A stretch of DNA of 64,000 bases from a bacterium (GTDB lineage: Bacteria > Fidelibacterota > Fidelibacteria > Fidelibacterales > Fidelibacteraceae). This document shows positions 60,964 to 64,000 of this stretch, piece after piece. The notes beneath the pieces were generated by a model. It was not told the DNA's origin. It ran no database searches and was given only the letters and a program-made list of their open reading frames with translations. The number at the start of each line of letters is the position of its first letter. The stretch's first letter is position 1. The position numbers were made by a program, and so were the translations under genes. Where the stretch lies: the NCBI GenBank assembly GCA_963676395.1, contig OY781066.1, positions 2,016,001 to 2,080,000 on the forward strand. The letters run 5' to 3'.

Positions 60964-62052
60964 ATGTCCAAGAATGTTCAGAGCGGTGTAAATATTGATC
61001 TCGGAAATCAATGCTCCCGCACGGCCTACGCATGGGCTAAAAAAACTTTCAATAATCGACCGGCAGGTGAAGGTAATCCCGAACTGGATGTCGAAGGTTC
61101 ATTTTCTAATATCATGGATTTTCGCGGTGTAAAAGTCGGAATGTCCTCAGACGGTATCGGAACAAAGATCGAGCTGGCAGAGCGTACGGGTATTTATGAT
61201 ACCATCGGTTATGATCTGATCGCCATGACGGCTGATGATCTGGCCGCCAATGGCATGGAAACCGTTAATATGACCAATATTCTTGATGTCGATCATCTGG
61301 ATCATGATATTATCAACGAGCTGATGAAAGGCCTGCACGAAGCCGCCAACTTCTCGCATGTCATTATAACAGGTGGAGAAATTGCCGAATTGGGTAATCG
61401 TATTTGTGGTTATGGCGACAAAATGCATTTTAACTGGTGTGCGGCCGGTGTTTCGATGCTTCCTGAAGGTTTAAAACCCGTGGATGGTGCCGATATCAAG
61501 CCCGGAGACAAAGTGATCTCACTTAAGAGTCGTGGATTCCGCTCGAATGGCTATTCGCTGCTGCGCAGAATTATGGAAGATAATTTTGGTGACTCATGGC
61601 ACGAACATCCTTATTGTGATGGAACTTGGGGTGAAGCCCTCTTAACACCTTCATTGATCTATACTCCCTTGATCTCAGCCCTTCGCAAAGCGGGACATGA
61701 ATTAAAAGGCATTTCCCATATCACAGGCGGTGGACTGGGTGATAATTTCGGTCGCGTACTCAAAGTCAGTGGTTACGGAGCCATTCTTGATAATATTTAC
61801 GAACCTCTTCCGGTAATGAAAGCTGTTCAAGAAATCGGTAAAGTCAGTGAAGAGCAAGCTTATCGTTTATGGAACCAGGGAAACGGTATGTTGTTGGTTG
61901 TTCCTGCCGAAGAAGCGGATGCTGTTGTTGCAGACGCAGCAAAACAGCAGTACGAAGCTAAGGTTTGTGGTGAGATCATTGAAGAAGCAAAGATCCATAT
62001 TGATACCAAGGGACTTGATCCTCAACAATTAAGTTATAAGGTTGAGAGTTAG
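60964..62052 (+). CDS. purM: Phosphoribosylformylglycinamidine cyclo-ligase (AIR synthetase)
   Basis: SGVNID, SDGIGTK, GGEIAEL, S.GFRSNGYSL, HITGGG, N.G.GM. Confidence 0.9.
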   Translation: MSKNVQSGVNIDLGNQCSRTAYAWAKKTFNNRPAGEGNPELDVEGSFSNIMDFRGVKVGMSSDGIGTKIELAERTGIYDTIGYDLIAMTADDLAANGMETVNMTNILDVDHLDHDIINELMKGLHEAANFSHVIITGGEIAELGNRICGYGDKMHFNWCAAGVSMLPEGLKPVDGADIKPGDKVISLKSRGFRSNGYSLLRRIMEDNFGDSWHEHPYCDGTWGEALLTPSLIYTPLISALRKAGHELKGISHITGGGLGDNFGRVLKVSGYGAILDNIYEPLPVMKAVQEIGKVSEEQAYRLWNQGNGMLLVVPAEEADAVVADAAKQQYEAKVCGEIIEEAKIHIDTKGLDPQQLSYKVES

Positions 62053-62094
62053 GTTGAGTAATGAGAGTATGTATTAAGTAACAAAGGAGCTTAT

Positions 62095-64000
62095 GTGAAC
62101 ACCTATACCATTCAGTTGATGCTCAAGGACAATGTTCCGGATGTTGCCGGAAAAGCGCTTGAGCAGGACGCAAAGCGGTATTTTAATATTAAAACAGGCA
62201 AGGTGAGAGCTTCAAAGATTTTTACTGTTTTGTCTGAAAAATCTGCCGATGAAATTTTAAAATTTGCAGAGTTGACCCTCAAAGACGCCGTCCTTCATGA
62301 AGTATTTATAGATAAGCTTTTTGTTGATAAAGTTTTCCAGCGTCATCTTTATATGGCCAAACTTCCCGGCGTGACCGATGATGAGGGTGTTTCTGCTCAA
62401 AAGACTTATGCAGATTATTTTAACCTTGATCTGCTTGCCGGCGAACAGTTCATTTTTACCGGAGAATATTATTACATAGAACATTCACTTAGAGATGAAG
62501 AATTGAAAATCTTGGGTGATGATCTATTGGGTAATCCACTGATCAATCATATTGAACACGGTCCTTTAAAGAAAGTCATTGAATATGTACCTACCGTGTT
62601 GATCAAATCAGATGTGAAGATTGATAAGATCGAAATCGATTTGGGTGATGATGAATTACTTGAGTTGTCTAAGAATATGCTACTTTCTTTAGATCTTAAA
62701 GAAATGCAAACGATTAAAGAACACTTTCTTTCAGCTAAAACTCAAGCTGTTCGTAAAGAGCTTGGCATGAGCGATATGCCAACGGATCTTGAGTTGGAAG
62801 TTCTAGGTCAGACCTGGAGTGAACATTGTAAACACAAAGAATTCTCTTCGATGATCACTTACAAAGATCTCGATACAGGCGAAGAAAAGACAATTGATTC
62901 GCTTTTTAAGACATATATTTTTAAATCAACTAAAGAGATCCGTAAACGCTTTGAAGAAGGTGATAACAATTGGATCTTAAAGGTTTTTAACGATAATGCC
63001 GGTGTGGTGAAGATCGATGATGAAAATGTATTCATCTGGAAGGTTGAAACTCACAATTCTCCCTCTGCGCTGGATCCTTACGGTGGTGCTCTAACGGGTA
63101 TTGTCGGTGTGAACCGCGATCCTATGGGAACCGGTATTGGAGGTGGTAAATGTCTATTCAATACCAATGTGCTTTGTTTCGGTTCGCCTTATTATGAGGG
63201 TGAATTGCTCGAAGGTCAGCTTCATCCTCGTCGTATTATGAGTGGTGTGGTAAAAGGTATTGAAGATGGTGGAAATAAATCCGGTATTCCAACTATCAAT
63301 GGTTCTATCGTTTTCGATGATCGTTTTCGTGGGAAACCTTTGGTTTACTGTGGTACGGCGGCAGTGATGCCTTATGATTATAATGGTCGTCCTTCTTGGG
63401 ATAAGCCTATTGATGTCGGTGATCGTATTGTTATGGCCGGTGGTCGTATCGGTAAAGATGGTATTCACGGTGCGACTTTTTCCTCCTTAGAGATCGATGA
63501 ACACTCACCTCGTTCCGCCGTGCAGATCGGTTCACCTATCACTCAGAAAAATATGAGCGATTTTATGACCAAAGCAGCGAAAGCAGGGCTATTGAAATCC
63601 TCTACGGATAACGGTGCGGGTGGTTTGTCTTCTTCTATTGGCGAGCTCGCTGAAACAACCAATGGAGCGGTTGTTGAGTTGGATAAAGCTCCTTTAAAAT
63701 ATCACGGTCTGCAACCTTGGGAGATATTTGTTTCAGAATCCCAGGAACGTATGAGTTTTGTTGTGGAACCCGATAAAATAGATGCTCTCTTTGCTATGGC
63801 AAAAGATTTTGAAGTGGAAGTAACTGACATTGGTTACTTTACCGATAACGGTTACTTGGATATTCAATACAAAGGTGAGCGAGCCGCTTATCTTGATCTG
63901 GATTTCTTACATAATGCAGTTCCAAAGAAATATATGGAAGCCGAGTGGAAAGCACCTCAGCTTTCGGAACCCGGACTTGTAGATGCCGATTACAATGATA
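62095..64000 (+). CDS. purL: Phosphoribosylformylglycinamidine synthase PurL; runs off the window end and is absent from the ORF track
   Basis: AAGGAG RBS, GTG at 62095. Translation shows GQTWSEHCKHK, DNAGVV, KVETHNSPSALDPYGGA, GGRIGKDGIHGATFSS, DNGAGGLSSS, SESQERM. Confidence 0.93.
   Translation, partial: MNTYTIQLMLKDNVPDVAGKALEQDAKRYFNIKTGKVRASKIFTVLSEKSADEILKFAELTLKDAVLHEVFIDKLFVDKVFQRHLYMAKLPGVTDDEGVSAQKTYADYFNLDLLAGEQFIFTGEYYYIEHSLRDEELKILGDDLLGNPLINHIEHGPLKKVIEYVPTVLIKSDVKIDKIEIDLGDDELLELSKNMLLSLDLKEMQTIKEHFLSAKTQAVRKELGMSDMPTDLELEVLGQTWSEHCKHKEFSSMITYKDLDTGEEKTIDSLFKTYIFKSTKEIRKRFEEGDNNWILKVFNDNAGVVKIDDENVFIWKVETHNSPSALDPYGGALTGIVGVNRDPMGTGIGGGKCLFNTNVLCFGSPYYEGELLEGQLHPRRIMSGVVKGIEDGGNKSGIPTINGSIVFDDRFRGKPLVYCGTAAVMPYDYNGRPSWDKPIDVGDRIVMAGGRIGKDGIHGATFSSLEIDEHSPRSAVQIGSPITQKNMSDFMTKAAKAGLLKSSTDNGAGGLSSSIGELAETTNGAVVELDKAPLKYHGLQPWEIFVSESQERMSFVVEPDKIDALFAMAKDFEVEVTDIGYFTDNGYLDIQYKGERAAYLDLDFLHNAVPKKYMEAEWKAPQLSEPGLVDADYND

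Noticed and set aside
62093..62098. ATG-TGA minimal ORF overlapping the purL GTG start
   Set aside because: The ATG is only 3 nt from the SD, while the GTG has better spacing; probably coincidental.
62257..63468. Minus-strand ORFs of 75 and 104 aa
   Set aside because: Antisense to purL, which the track missed because it has no stop in the window.

Overview
AT-rich, gene-dense chromosomal window from a diderm bacterium of the FCB superphylum. Ca. Marinimicrobia/Neomarinimicrobiota or a relative is my inference, from PorV plus a T9SS CTD cargo, a short region-1.1-less sigma70, the stand-alone GT5 half-gene next to a DUF4270-like gene, and Shine-Dalgarno use. I found no rRNA, tRNA, CRISPR array, prophage or intact transposase. 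Housekeeping genes: pyk, der, ftsEX, nadD, bamD, nrdR, glyA, rpiB, rplU-rpmA, gap, rpsU, sigma70, msrC, purM and purL (runs off the end). There are also secreted hydrolases: two S9 peptidases, GH20, NamZ and an EEP nuclease. Most notable: (1) a ~21 kb minus-strand envelope-biogenesis block with candidate BamH/BamG-like genes, a PorV with a large acidic insertion, a T9SS cargo whose M6-protease zinc motif is erased, an Omp85-type barrel fused to an intact gluzincin and a beta-propeller, and BamD; (2) an spt + SDR pair suggesting sphingolipid synthesis, with a perfect 16-bp palindrome at its predicted start site; (3) several apparent pseudoenzymes, including a GH57 with catalytic Asp->Asn; (4) a terminator/antiterminator-like porV leader; (5) canonical TTGACA-17-TAnnnT promoters; (6) scattered degenerate REP-like palindromes. 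All family assignments come from motif recognition by eye; no searches were run.
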